DNA from: Lingula anatina
Taxonomy: Eukaryota > Animalia > Brachiopoda
Assembly (NCBI GenBank): GCA_051362555.1
Contig: CM120642.1
Location: 32,798,001-32,862,000 of the forward strand
Direction: 5' to 3'
Length of the DNA stretch: 64,000 nucleotides
Position numbers and translations under genes: made by a program. The notes beneath the pieces are model-generated. The model saw nothing but the letters and a program-made list of their open reading frames with translations, was not told the DNA's origin and did not search any database. How positions within the stretch are numbered: position 1 is the stretch's first letter; each line of letters opens with the position of its first letter. This document shows positions 34,132 through 49,622 of this stretch, in pieces.

Positions 34132-37100
34132 TTATTATGTTGCTTTTAAAATACATTTAGCACATAATTAATGATAATAGAAATGTATATTGCAATTATT
34201 AAGTTATATACATTGATTATATATGCATATGTGCATCATTTTCAGTAATTAATTATTTATTTATTTAGATACTTTTTATTTATTATTATAATTTCGAGAA
34301 ACTGGGAGCTGGAATATAAAAAGTTTATACATTTTATTGTAATAGCACATGCAACCTAGATAAATTCTAATTGTTTTAAGTGCAAATTTTCAAATTCTGA
34401 ATTGCTTGGTGAAGATACATTTTTGAAAAGTGAATGTCATAATAACATTCTGCTATAAAGAATATTTTATACCACTAAGTGTTAAGCCTTCAGGTATTTC
34501 GTATGCAGTGGTATTTGGAAAAAGTTTATCGATACACTAGTCCCTGCATAACAATGGAATTGTGTTAGTGGTGCTGTAAATGATTGTGCTATTATGAATG
34601 TGGTGTCCTTGTATATGCAAATGAGATTGTGTTAGAGGTGCTGTGATGGACGGTTTAGAACTATGTCTCAACTAGGCCAAATCCTAATTTCAAGAGGGGA
34701 CCAGAAATCGAATGATGGGAGCGTCAGGACCCCCCCCCCCCCCCCCCCCCCCCCCGATCCCCGTCTAAATCCGCCACTGACCACCAGTCTCGTATCTATT
34801 TAATTTACAAACAGCGCATGCGTGCCCAGATGTCTACTACAGCACCTCTGAATACCATGGTAATATTGTATGCCGATTCCAAAGACGTGTTTATGCCGGC
34901 AAGGTTAAAAGTGACCCAATTCTCAGGTTTTGTTGTAAAAATATTTCCCTCTAAAACGTGTAGGCTAATATGTTTTATGATAATTTTTTTGCATTGTTGA
35001 GACATATATAAATATGAGGAATACCAGAGAACAACAGTGATGTAAGATGTCTCACCTGTAATGGCAAAGCCGGAAAGTCGGTTTCAAGTAAAACATACAG
35101 GGTTTATAATTGTTGAACATGGAAAAATAGTATAGAAAGAACTGAAACGTTTTGTTTTGTTTTTACTTTGTTGAATTGATTTATGGGGAGATAAGTTTGC
35201 CAAGAAAAAGTGTTTTAACAGTAAAAATAAAACAATTTCTAGAAATGTCGATGACTTAACGCTTTTCGTGCCGCCCATTAAGTGCGTTAGTGGTGCCGTT
35301 ATTGGATGTGTCGTAACGGATGTCGCAACGGATGTGTTGAAGATAGAGGTTAAAAAACATGCGTGCAGAACTAAAGGCCTACAGTGCGTGCAACTTCAAA
35401 ATGTAAAATATGGTTATTTTCAATCTCTGTTAAAATTTAAGTTTTTAAAAAAATTTAACATTGATTTGTACTCCCAGATCAATTGCAGATGATGTCTGGC
35501 CTTTGTCTTTTAGGTATTTAACGTGTGGCACATGTATATTGAGGCCATTATAACGTAATTTTTTTAATTATTTCAAAGTACTGTCCATTTTGATCTTTAA
35601 CAAAACCGTATTTCTGTGTGATGGATATGTTTGAGGCTTTTGATGATGTGACGAAAATTACACAAAACATGTGATTTTAATCAGCTCATTAGTTCCAGAA
35701 TATTGCCATAATGTAAATTATTATAATTATTATATAATATGATGTTTTCTGTTGTTAGACCAAAGCCAGTGTACCAAAATGTGCTGGTATCAATAAAGAG
35801 AAAATAATAATAATGAGAATATTGCTTATTTAATATTACACAGTGAGAAAAAGAAGTATGAAAGGAGAAAAGAAAGAATGAATAATACAACTTTGAATTC
35901 TCAGAAAGAGCGATTTTGATAATCTCTAAACACCTTCATATTGATTTTCATTCTCGAAGAAAACGTTTTACGCTCTCGTGAAATAAGTTACACCATATTT
36001 TTGTATTAAAAATCAAATGTTACAAATTCAGAAACGCATAACAGGTCACTAATTCTGGTCATCGTGTGATTTTGTTGAACTTGGGTCACAGTTATACACC
36101 ACTGCATAGGACGTGATCGGAATTATCAAATAAAAAGAATGTGAAAAGTAGAATATGATCTGTAGTTAATGGCAAAACAGGACTTGCTGGCACTTGTTCA
36201 CATTCTGAGGTTAGTCCCAGCGGTTACTATTTTTCTTGTCTTTTTCTTTGGGTCGCCATTTCAACTCGAGTAGAATTATGATTCTTTGACAAGAATAATA
36301 ATCATAAAATGAAAGTTTTCATGTTTGACGTACACAACTACTATACAATTTATTTCCTGTAACAACAATGTAAATTTTTCTTTTTACAAACATTGTTCTT
36401 TCGCTTTTGGAAAGCACTGTAAACACAATAAATATTTATCAACATATTATTTGCAACTGAATTCTCTACGGCATTGGAATATCATGAATCTGTTATACTA
36501 TTTCCGCTTGTACTGAAGCTGTAATATATCTCTGACAGTCTCAAAACATCTCAAACAGACAGTCTCATCAAACCCTTTTGAATTAAAACAAAATTCTCAA
36601 AAAAAAAAAAAATAATAAAGAAAGAAAGAAAAGATTAATAGAATTTTTAAAAAAATGCATATCTATGTTCACTTCGAATTTAAACAGATTGTTACACGAA
36701 TGAAAGCGTCACTGTCCAAATTGCGTGGATATATTGCACAATATAGAGATTGCATCCGAGCCTTTCCGTATTCTTCTGCCACGCTCAGCGCATGCGTCAT
36801 CGCTGTCCTACCGAGCGCAGTGACAGCTTCTTCCTTGTCGCGTGATCCGCCGTGCTTCGGACAACGCATTGACACTGAGTAGGGCCTTATTCCATAGAGA
36901 GCAAAGCTCTCCTGTGAGTTCTTTACAGGAAAAATATATACAAATTATAACTTAAAACGTATTTTTACCAGCTGGATAAATGTCCCCATGAAAAGATATT
37001 GGCCTACAGGTATACAACGTGCCCCAAGTGTATTAACCGTGTCAGAAACGTGCATCAGTTGTCTGTTAAGTTTTCTAGAACTACTTTAACGTACAATGTC

Positions 37101-37725
37101 ACAGTGCACTTATATATTTGCTAATTATAAGGAATTAACGGTAGCGGTACGTTAAACTTTAGCAGATAATTTAATTAAGAATAACTAGTAGGCCTACTAT
37201 CGGGCAGCGTCTAGGAACTTCAGATTCCAGCGCACTGATATTCTGTAAATCTTTGTCAATTTCTGGAAATATAGTGTTTTCAATCAACAGAAAACTAGCG
37301 AGGCATATCTGCCCTTATCATCTTGATCTTGTTATGCTGGCCACTTTACGAACCCTACGCACAATTCCATCCACGACTTAGAAACGTGACAACAAAAAAT
37401 GAAAGAAAAAAGGATGTAGAATCCAGATCTAGCTCTCACACTTAACAACTATATCTGAGTAATATCAAAACTTTGTTTCAACATCAAACCCTGAAGCGTT
37501 ATTCAGCAAATGGCATATCACATATTGTGATTCCTGTAAACATCTAGCAAAATAGAATATTTATGTTAGTGTAAAATATTCTTACGTATAAACTGCCATT
37601 TAACATTTTATTATCACTTATATTTCAAATCAAAATTCACGGTTTTAAACCATTCCGTAAAAGTGTTCTTTGACTTAATGTGGAAAATGTCCGTTTTTAC
37701 AAATGCCATTTTTATATAAAATCTC

Positions 37726-40026
37726 CTATGACATGAACATTGTTAAGGATGGTTTAAAGACGCTGTCTCCCTCGTCCGTGAGTGCGGGACTCCCGAGACT
37801 GGCACTTCCGCTGTGGTCCTGCACATGCTCAATAGAGGTATTCTGAAGATCAGACAAAGATGGCGTTGAACTAATTTCCGATAACGGAGGTGACCGGGAA
37901 TCTGTTGAAAGTTCTGTTAGAGACTGTTGGTTTTGCTCACCGTCTGTTTGTTTTTTGTCTGACATACTGGCTTCTTGTTTTAGCAGATTCCGCCTATATT
38001 TCGCCCGAGCATTTTGAAACCAGACCTGTAAGACAAAAAAAAAAAAAAATGAAAATAAGTGCAGATTCGTTAATCAACGTCAAACTGAATAAACTCTTGC
38101 CGGCACTTCATTGGAAAAACAACACTTCGAATTTTTTCATCAAATGCGCAAATTCCGCTATACACCTACACAAACGATAATTACCTGTAAAACGCGCTTA
38201 GAAAGTCCAGTCTTTTGAGCGAGCTGCTTCAAATCTTTAGCATCCGGATTGTGGTTTAATGCAAAATATGATTTCATTGTCCGAAGCTGATGGTGCTTGA
38301 AGGATGTGCGCATGCGCTTTTGTCTGGGCGTACCCTGGGAGTAAGTTCCGTCTAAATGATGATCGCTGTCGTTGTCTCCCGAACTCATCCCTTTAAAAAG
38401 AAAAGGATCGAAATTATTTATACGAATAAAAATCACGATAACGAAAAAACAATATATTTAGATTTTTATTAACAAGAAATTTATGATAGGGATATCATTT
38501 AAGAAGAAGAAAGCAAGTGCTAGTAATTTTTACATTGAAAAATATTTTCAACTTATCTTTGCTTTGTCTTGTGTCTTATAAAAGTACACCTAGCAAGCTC
38601 TAATAATGTTAAATGTGTCAATTGATATAAGGAGAAAGGCCATGTAATATAGATAAAAGACATAACTGTGTTTGAAAAACACAGTTATGTCTTTTAACAC
38701 AAACGCCACCACCACAAAAAAAAAAAAAAAAAAACTGTAAAAGAATTTGGATCAGCCCGTATAAATCTGACACCATTTAATATTGTTCAAGGATTGTCCA
38801 CATTTCAACACATACAAATTAAGGTGTTATATGAAACTGTAGAACGGCAAGATTAACGAATACAGGAACAACCAAAAATAAAACACATCAAAAGGAAATG
38901 TAAGGGCGACCTGTTAAATTATACCAAGGCGACAAAGAGCACCAGCAACTGTTAAGGGAAAAAGACATTAAACGCCAAATTCTGTTGTTAATGGTTCGGA
39001 ACACGCACGGTCTTTACACTTTGAACAACTGTCTCTTTTCCATCTAAAAAACAGAAATAGGGTTAACGTGGGGTGACTTTCTTCAGAGAACGCGGGTTTT
39101 CTCTTGGTTATGTTCCTACGAGACTCATGGAGTTTATGCTTGTTAATGTGTCATATAATTACAAACTCGTTCAACTTTTGATGCTTTTCTTGGCCTGCTC
39201 CCATTAAAATAAATCATATTCAGTGTTATTAATACATGTTAAATCTGTTAGCTTGTTAAATACAAATGCACTGTATATAAAACATCACCAGAGTTCTACT
39301 TCAGATTGAGATATTCCAGCTCTTCTGTAATGTGTTAATGTCTTGCTCAATCTTTGACATCTTTATCCTATTGTAAATTATGGTAAAATATTTTAATTTG
39401 CCAATGATCGACAGAAATACACAAATTAACTAAGAACGCATTTATTGTTTTCTATACAATCCTTGTCCACAAAACATCCAGGCGATCTTTCACCAATCAA
39501 ATGGACAATGGACATGCGTAGGTAAAGTGGACAAAGCCACGGGCTGAACGTGCTGCACTTTTATCAAATGTGACAGGCCTTAATTTTAAACGCTGGTCAA
39601 GGCAGTGGTCAGGCAGCTGGCGTCCACGCGTTATAACCACATTTAAGTTAGATTGACAGTAAGGTCCACCGTTGGGGGGCTACTGTTGGTCATACTGAAA
39701 TGACCGCTACATCTCCATCAGCGGCCACTATCGGTGGCCTTCCGGGCATTAATTTGCTCTAAACATTTCACCGAAAAGACGAATTAGAAAATGGTGTGAT
39801 TAGTAACATAGAGATAGATGGGTGTGAAATTTATAATCAAAGTATGTATTATTTATCATGATGTGCGTCTACTTTCCATTATAATAAGTTACTCTACTTA
39901 ATCCTGCAAGCAAAATTCTATTTTTATAATTAACAAAGAACAAGACTTGAATCGTTATTTTTGAATCTGTGCTGTTGTCTTAACAACTTCGCATTCTTAG
40001 CATATATGCCAACCCTTCTGTAGGTC

Positions 40027-40077
<51 letters not shown>

Positions 40078-43000
40078 GCGGTTGTTAGCTGGAAACGTGT
40101 TTTATATCAGGCACGTTTTTATACACATTTTTATTCTTTCCACAAATACTCCACCTGTCAAAACCATATGCACGTCCATCTACTCGGTGGGAAATATTTT
40201 CTGACTTCTGGCGTTTTTTTCTTCTTCTTCTTGATCTTGAAGGGTATCTTTGAATATATACAAAATGGCAGGCTTTGGAAAAGCAGACGACTTTTAACCT
40301 GTGGTGTCTGACGTGCTTTATGATCTTAAATTTCAAAATTCATAACCCAGAATACAAAGTGACAGATTCTCAAGCACGCTACCCTGGAACCTTTAACCTT
40401 ATTCGGGAATTTAATCACTTATATCCCTTAAACCGTGGCACAGAAACGATGCCTCAGGACTGAGGAACAGCTCTACTTAAATGTCTGCAAAACAAACGTG
40501 TTGGTTCTGATGTCGTCTGCGTTTTTTTTTCCACTTGGAGGAGCAAGACCTCGCTTCTTCCTGATACCCATATAACCAAGTAAACATTTTGACATTAAAC
40601 CCATAAGAAATGCATAAAATCTCAATATGGTCGAATCGAGAGAAACCCAATAGCTTTGATACGGTGCACCGAACAATCGGTGCTTTCAGAGGTTTGTTGT
40701 AAAAACACCATTCTTTTTGGCACGACATCCCACAAAAACAAAGACGGTCGGTTGCGGCGGTACCTCCCAATACCGAAACGCCTAATCACTTGCAGCTGAA
40801 GAAGTTAGAAAACTGGCGTATGTTGGATAATGATAACCAACTACATGGAACTTTTAAAAAAATCTATTTTATCATCTGATAAGAAACTTATGCAATAAAC
40901 TCGATTTTTTTATGTCCGCCATAACACTTATTCTAACCGCCGAGTCTGACGTACTAAAATAATCTTAAAACTTCGTTTAACTAGAATTGCTATGATAAGA
41001 TAGGCATGCGTTTTCTTGATTTACTTAAAAAGATAAGCGAGTGTCATATTAAATAGCTTAGTAAACGAAGGACGAGATCGACCATTTGATAATCGTTCTT
41101 TTTTCTTAAAAAAAAAAAAACAACAACAACCTCCGTTTATAGCATTTCCACGCAAGGGCTACTTAGTCGAACAATAAACCGAGAAAAAAATACGAGACAA
41201 ATGCAAGGCAAAATCTCCATTGACGTGAAACATTCCGAACTATGCGAGAGGGGTGCATTGTCGACAAACCAGTAGTAATCTGATAGCGCGTTAACAACGC
41301 TGAAGACATTATTGTCACCTCTACCAACTGAAGTGTCACCCACGAGGACTTTTCGGTGAAATGACCCGTGACGACCCAGCACCCATTTACTACCTTAATG
41401 ACTTTAACACGACCGAACATGGCATCCGTCCTTAAAGAAGAGAGCTATCTTGACTTGTTTATGATTTTAAAGGAATCTGTTAACGTTTATTTCATTGAAT
41501 TATTGGGTAATTAAAGCCCATTAAGCACCGTAGTGAATTTTTTATGCTAAGAATTTCCGAATTTTGAAAGATTTTAATGCTTCAGTTATTGTGGTTGCAC
41601 TTCTTTTTATTAACTTTGATATTTAAAAAGATGCCACATATCAGGCCTAATTAAGCTGCTTCGTTTCAAAAACAAATATCTACTACTCAGCCGAAGGAAT
41701 GTTGAAAGGCAAATTGGACAAATCGCAGGCAGTAGGGCCATCGACTTTCTAAAAATCTACAGCATTAAAAGCTTTTTTCCGCATTCAGTCCAGGTTACGT
41801 AACGTCTCCTTTGCGACAGAAGAAATTCCGCTTTTAAGACTTAAGTTTAATTCAAATTAGGTCGGCGTGCACCGATTTCTTCTCAGTATTATCAATCTTT
41901 ACCATGAAGGGAAAGCAATCGTTTGTGTTTTTAAATAACTGGACAGTAGAGTGCTATCAATTTGTAAATATGTGATTTATTCTGTTTTTTTTTTTATATA
42001 TTTCATATTTACTTGTTTCAATTCTTTTTTCGGCGAGTTTTGCAAAATAAAATCACAAATGTAAAGAAAATATATATGCAAGTTTTTAGAAAAGTTAACC
42101 ACAAACTGTTGATATTCCGTACGATCGTGCTAAATCAGTAAATGAAATTAGAGTATTACCGAAATGGGTACGTTTTTTTTTTCATTTCATTCCAACACAC
42201 ATCAATCTAATATGTTTCTCGAGTTTACCACATTAGCTGGCATAGACAATCCCGTTGGTGGTGGGTGTACGGCAAGGAGCTTTCCGCCCTACTGATGTTA
42301 ATGGTGACAGTTCTTAATAAATATTAAAATTCTATTTTAACAGAAATATGGCAAGCAATGGGATGTTAATAAAAAGGCCATTGTTTAAATAACGTAAAAA
42401 TATCGCTGTGAATGATCAGTACTATTATTCCGTTACCAGTGAATACTCTCCGATTGAGTTTTTTTTTTTTTTTTTTCAGTTTCCTTCAAGTACAAAGAAA
42501 AAGTACCTGAATAACACCAAATTATAATTATCAGGTTAAGATACCTTGATCAGTCCAGAGAAGACCTGTCTGGTAAAAACGTCCACCGCGTTCAGACGTC
42601 TGGGAACACGTTTCGCGTGAAGGGTTAATGCAACCCGTGCAAAATCGGGAAGAAGCGGGCAACACGAGGCGACCAGGCAGCAAGAGATGTCACAACGAAT
42701 TTCAACCTTTCTGATTCAGAGTTTACGCCATGTTATGCAAATCTATGTCCCCCCCGCCACTGCTAAATAATGTGCTCCTTGGAAACAAAGTACGAACGCT
42801 CTGCTGACGGTAATAAGAAATGCTGGCAAATCTTTTATCTCGATGAAAGTTTATCTTAAATATCTTTTATTTGTTTCGATATATTTCTTATTACCATTCG
42901 TAGACTATGAAACCAGCCTCTCTAGTCTCGTTTATTTTACAACCGCCCATCCACCGTGCCAGCACTAAGAATGCTGTTTTAAGTTTACATGTAAGGTATA

Positions 43001-46000
43001 TAATAAGAAAATTGCCGTTTTTTTATATAAAACAATGCCACAACAGGGGTATTTATTTCAATATTGTCAAGAACTTCATAAAAACATTCTAAGTAATCCA
43101 CGCTGCAGTAATGACACTCGAGCACAGAAAGCACAAAAAAAAACCCCGCGAGTGTGCTTCGTAATTGTGAACATTTTAGCGATATGACTTTTGTGAAAGA
43201 TGAAAGATAACCTCCGCATCAGTTTTACAGCTGAACCACTTATTTGTTCGCAGTATCCTGCTGGTGAAAATGAATGGATAAACTTGCATAATTCACGAGT
43301 ATGATTCGTGACGCAATTCCTCTTTGTCATCAACTAAACTGTAAGACGAACCTTCTTCGCGTTTCGCTCAAAAGGTCCTAGCAGGACACAAATCTTGCCA
43401 TAGAAACATAATAACAAGTTTGCGGTAGAAACTTGCTAAATCTGCAGGAGGTTTTACGACCCAAAAACTCTTTTTTATCAGCGGACGCGGCGAGTTCTGC
43501 ACAATGTTTTCATCGACAGAAAGAAGGGATTAGCAGCTCTGCAGGGAGCAGCAAGACGCGTTAGAGCAAGGAAATTCCAGTTTTGTTAGAATTCCTTCTT
43601 TGTCATAGCTCGTAAGATGAAAATCCTACCTGTATTTGTCACCACAATAGTTTACAAGCTCCCTTTCCGGATGGATTAGTATTATTTTTGAATAGAATGC
43701 TTTCAATGGACCTCAACATGACGGTGCAATTTTATTTGGCAAAAAAGAAAAAAAAACAGGATTTTTCGAAAATATGACTGAAAACTTTCAGAAAAATTCA
43801 AGCAACGACGCGTAAATAAAAATGCACAATATTAAATTATGCCAAGAATTTCGTAATTTTAGGCAAATAATAAATAATGTTCTGAATAATAGATAGCGAC
43901 ATCAAACAAACTTAGAATCCTACATACGCCAAATACATATTTTCTACAAATAAATAAAATCTATCTATCAAAGCACATATCAAAAGATGCAACCCATCAA
44001 ATACATCCTTCTGGAGAAAATACCGAAGAATTAAAGTCAGATTTGTCGACCGCAAAAGCATCCTTTGATTTTCTGGATGGATAAGAAATGAATCTAAACC
44101 CAGCGGTGGACATACCTGTTGATTGGAAATTGATTAGAATAATTTCTCGCATCGTTGGCTGTGACTATCATCATGGCGGAAAATTAATGACATTCACGTC
44201 TAGGAAAATTATTTCACAATGGATTAGATATTGTACTGATTTCTGTGTAAAGGGCTGAAGAAGGAGAAGAGGAAGACCTTTGTCACTATACAAGGAGTTT
44301 GAATCATAAAACCTTTACCTCAGTCCCGTTGAAATACATTAAAGTAATAGGGGAAAACATCACCAAGTAAGCAATCAATAGAGATAATCCCAGCGATTAC
44401 ATTTCAATGGCCTTGAATCAGCTTATATCAGTAATACTTTGGCAAGTTTACATCATACGAGGCTACAACAGAAGGATTGTAACTTCAACAATTCCCAACA
44501 ATTACAAAATATTACACGTCTTCATATATTGTAACTGCGATATCATAAAGGCACTATTTCAGCTTTTTCTACAAATTGGACGTTTATGCTATCAATTATT
44601 AATTGAACGGTGTCTTTGAATCATCATTTACGTTTTCTTCAGTTCTTTTCGTAACCGTATTTTAACGATTTTTTTAAACTACAAGACAGCTTATCTTGCA
44701 CTATTTTTTTATTTTTTAAGTTTGCATTGTCTCCGTTGCAATATCCATTTGTCATCCTAACCACCCAACAGTGCGTGGCCGTAGAATCTGTCCCGCATGA
44801 CCAACCTGGCATCCAATAACACGTTAGAATACCGGCCACAAGACAAAGTCACGTGTTATGAAATTTCAGATCTGTTACACATGGTGTCCGGACAGTTTTG
44901 AATGGGTCCTGGTACCCGCTATATCCTGCAGGTTAAATAAGTTCAGTTCTGTTTTCTTTGTTTCTGTGTACCCGTAAAAACACCCTTAACTGTAGCACCA
45001 TCCAGATGTGCACTGCAGAATAATCAAGGCGTAATTTTCTAAGATTTATGGCTACACAATATATTTGTTGTGTCCATTTTTATGGGTTGAAATTCAATTT
45101 TACCTTTTTTCTTTTTGGGATAGATAGGTCGAAGTTTCAATAATCGGTTGAAAGAGCGGAAAAGTTAGATGGGAGGCCGAATTTTCGCGTAAAGTAAGCA
45201 AAGCTTATTTTATTTTATTTTATCACCTTTAAATCTCCACAAAACAGGTTAAAAAGAAACAGAACTAGAGGCGGGGAACCCGAGAGCGACCATTTTTATA
45301 ATCCACGTCAAAGGTCGAAAATTCCCTCGAAGCAGAAGCCTGGAAAATGACTGATGCAGCAGTATTATGGGATGTGACAGATGTTAACACGCGCTGCCTC
45401 CTTTCCAAATGTCAAGCTCAAAACGTGGATAAAGTTCATTACAACCTGGACGCAGCCAAATTCTTTTATTTCTTAGTCCGTGCCTCACCCCGCCGTTCAT
45501 GGAGATTACTCCTACGTCCATATTTTACCCTAGTTACACGCTTCTCGGTACCTTTCGCACCTAAAGTTATTTAAAAGTGGTGTAAAAAAAACAACAAACT
45601 TACACTATCCCATGTTTATAAAGAATTAGTCCTTGTCCATTATTTGTCCTGCTAATTTACTGCAAAGAAAACAATATTGATGGCCTTTCGTTTCCCTGCT
45701 ACTAACAAAACCGATCACAACAACTCGAGTTAAGTAAACAAAAAAGCCGAAATATTTAAAGGTCATTGAAGCAGTAGATCCACCTCCTCTCCGCCCCCGC
45801 CAGGCTTACCCCTTAAAACCACGATAAAATAATAATATCTTCGTCATTTCCATTTAACATATTTACTGTTACATGTTAAAAATTGATACTTGTTATTCTA
45901 ACTAAAGCAACGCATGGGGCATTTCATGTATTGGAATTCTTTTTGGCAGCACGAGGATTTTTCACAGAAATGTCTGGCTAATTCTTTACGTTTTCTCCAG

Positions 46001-47656
46001 AATTTTTGCGTGATATTAATTCCATTTTTAGCTGTCCACTAGTTTGGAGTAATAGTTACGCGGCCCATTCCATTTACCTCTTCTTAAAAATTGAACCGCC
46101 TTCAGATGAAAACATTCCACATATGACACATGAATATGTAATACACACAATATCAATGCTATGAACACTATAACCAACTAACACGATTACACGAATATCA
46201 CAATAAACATCCGATTTCAGCTTATAATTTTATTTCTAAAGCCAGCATCATTAGAAGAAGAGCAGGAGGTATATTGTTTGTTTGTATTGTGAGCTGCATG
46301 CTTTCTGTAATGTAATGCCCACCTAAGCACAATCAATATTTGCCCAAGGGGTTCACCTGAAAGCTCACACCGGCGGGTTACGCCATAACACACACAGCTG
46401 TGCTCTGATTTGGGCTGGGGTTTCTTGTCTTTGCGGGGGTTAAGGACTGAAGTAAAGTGGCTAAAGGGGTTTTTTGTTTATTTTTCTCCACTATCGATAC
46501 TTTCCAAATATATGTAAAGGGTATTGGTACTGTGTCAAATTTTATTTTTTTCAAATTTCACTTTATTCCGATGGAAATTGATCTGCGTATTCATATTATG
46601 CATAGGCCTAATAGTGAAGTTTTAAAACTGCACTTTCTACGCTCTGATTGAAAGCATACATGTAAGAGCTTGTTTTCTATTCTATAAGTATTAAAATTTC
46701 AGAATATGTTAGGCATGAGTCACTTATCACTAAAAACTGTTCGTGACTTGACAAAAGAGTGATGAATATCACCGACTGTAAATTGACAATGTAAGGAATA
46801 TGACGCGATCCTTGATGAAGTTCAATAGAACAGTGATCCACATCTTAAAAGGGGATTTAAATCACTGGAGATTTAGATATTGCTCAGGCGTAGAAAATCT
46901 GGATCTCCTTAATTGCAATATTGGGGAGTAGATCAGAGAGGTTTATAACTCTGCAATATGTCAATGTAAATTTTATAAGGTAGCAGGTCCTTCATAGATA
47001 TTAGAATCAATAAAAAATATAAAACAGCAGGTGATTGTATTCTTAAACATATAAGTGTATTATCATTGGGTTATTTAGCAAGAAAATGTTACAAGTCGGA
47101 AAAAAAGTACACAGACTTGGAGAATCAATACTGTACAACGGGGCTTTTTAATAGGTGAACTTACTGCAAAATTCACGAAGAGACGAAGGCAAATTAAAGT
47201 ACTAATGAGATGTTTGGCCATCTTGTCATTCCAATAGAGGAGGTACCTTTAATTTGTATTCAAGTCACTTACAAAAGCTGTGAGTTCGATGTTTTTTAAT
47301 TTCTTCCTCACTTGTTCAAATTTTGCTCTTCACAAGAAACAGGATATCTATTGTGTTACTGCCACAGAGGACGGTTTATCAAATATATGTTTTACCACCA
47401 AAGGTTCATGTATTTGTACTTTTTTGTCAACGACATAAATCAACATACGAATGACCGGTCACCAGATTAATATGTAGGTACGTTAAGTTCCACTTTTACT
47501 TGATAACTCATTAATATCACTAAATTATACATCTTTACAAGAGATCACTTTACATCTCCAAAGTAAATCATTAAACTGTTAAATCTTTGTACATCAGACA
47601 TATTAAAGTAAATAAAAGAAATAAAATAATGTCATTTTGTTTTTGTTTTTTATCAC

Positions 47657-47741
<85 letters not shown>

Positions 47742-49591
47742 CCACCACGTGTCATGGTCTTAAGAGAGGCCCGTTCGATCGCTGATTGTGTTTGACCAAA
47801 AGATAAAAAGTCGTGTGGTGTCGCGACATGAAGAGAACCTGAACACCTGCAGCAGGGATCCTCTCTCCCACCTTCTGTATCAGCCATCGCTTCAGGATCA
47901 TTTTGTTTAGATAGGTGCAGGCCTCTCAAAGCCCTCTGTAGTTTCTCCCCCTCTCAAGTAGCAGGGAGCAATCTTTACTATTCACTCCAGGAGTATTGAT
48001 ATATTTCCCATGCAAATATTTCCGGTAAATATGGCCAGGTTTACCTGACAAAAGTTGGCTTGTTTTCATTCCACAATCAGAAGGGGATTGGGATACTTCT
48101 AGGTTGGGACTATTTCCCAAACAAACACTTTTAAAAACTCCTATTGTAAGATAAAGAATTGAGTACCCCAATTTTCAGAGATGGTACTCCTTCCACCCCC
48201 CCCCCCCCCCCCACCAACCACCCCCACCACCAAATGCTCACTTTCCACCACAGGGACAGGTATTACCTACAGGTTCCACGGGACAATTCTGGCCCCAAAA
48301 ACTGATATGAACTCAAAAAACAATTTTGGCTTCTGATCACGATTAATTCTAAGTTTTGCACTGAAACACATGTAAAAAAAAATATTTTGTTGAAACATCA
48401 GCCATGGATTTTTTTGTTATAAAAACACCACAATATCTCATTTTCACTGAGACTGCTTTACCTTGGCTTAAAGTTTAGATCAATTTTGGGACACAAGTAA
48501 TTTGGTGAAACAGCCCTCCCCTCCATGTCAGAGACAACACTTGCTGGTCACAGGTTACAGAGGTGGAGGTGGGGGAGCACAACACTGAAAACTCTAGGGA
48601 GACCCCAACCTGGCGTAACCCAACGTTGTCGAATCAATAACACCATATGCAGATCTAGTTTTGTTGTTTGAGCTATGTTAAAACCATAAGTAAACAACAG
48701 CAGGTATTTTATGTGTCGACACCAACATTTGCTTATTGTCACATGTCGTGATTTGCAGACGAGAAAGTGCTACTAGAGACACGAAATATTAAAAACCGTT
48801 GTTTCATATAAATTTATTAATAGGCTTTATTCAAAGGTTTTGCGTTTGTTTCGATCATTATAACCAAACAACCAAATTAAAATACGGGGTACAAGCAGAC
48901 TTGTTTGTTGTACAAAAGAAAACAAAAACATTAAAATTTAAAGAAGACGCCAACACTTAGCATTCTTACATATTTAAATATACTTCAATATTTTTGCACA
49001 ATCCAATTAAATTAAATGCACCTTAATTATTTCGAGCTAAATTTGATGTCACCTTGTATGTTTGAGTACGGTGAACCCAAGCTTGGATATCTATCGCGTG
49101 TTTTCCGGCACCAATATCTCGTGCCTAACAAGATAATAAAAAGATTATTTCTCCAACAGATTTCAACATGAGCCGTTCCCAAACAGAAAAAAAAGCAGAT
49201 TTCAACGACGTTGCCATGGAAACGCTGATCCGCCATGGATTTTGGATTAAGCGGAAGCAGAAGCGGCCTGATATCCAAACACGTCAAAACTTCAGGACCA
49301 AAGAACGGTCACGACTGAGCTGTACCGTACGTAAGACCAGATTTATTTCGTCAATAAACATGAGAATTTAATTTTTGGAAATGAATAACCAGGACCTCCG
49401 CACCACGTTTGTGCAATCGTTTCCTTGCTTGAATGGAAGATGTCAAGGTTGTGATTTCATAAATGTTTTTATTGTCAAGAAATAGGACAGCAGAATGTGA
49501 ACGCCATTGAGTATTTGCCTTATTTAACTTTGATTATATAACATCGGTTCTGGGGACAACAGTCTTCGTGCATTCAAAATTTTTCAATACC

Positions 49592-49622
<31 letters not shown>

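Larger units (their letters stand above)
8300..34320 (+). repeat. Tandem segmental triplication of a ZNF gene unit (about 8300-18340, 18340-30300, 30300-34320)
   Basis: Upstream blocks 8300-9300, 18340-19150 and 30300-31320 align; downstream blocks 13335-17810 and 21463-24993 align closely apart from copy-specific insertions. Confidence 0.92.
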
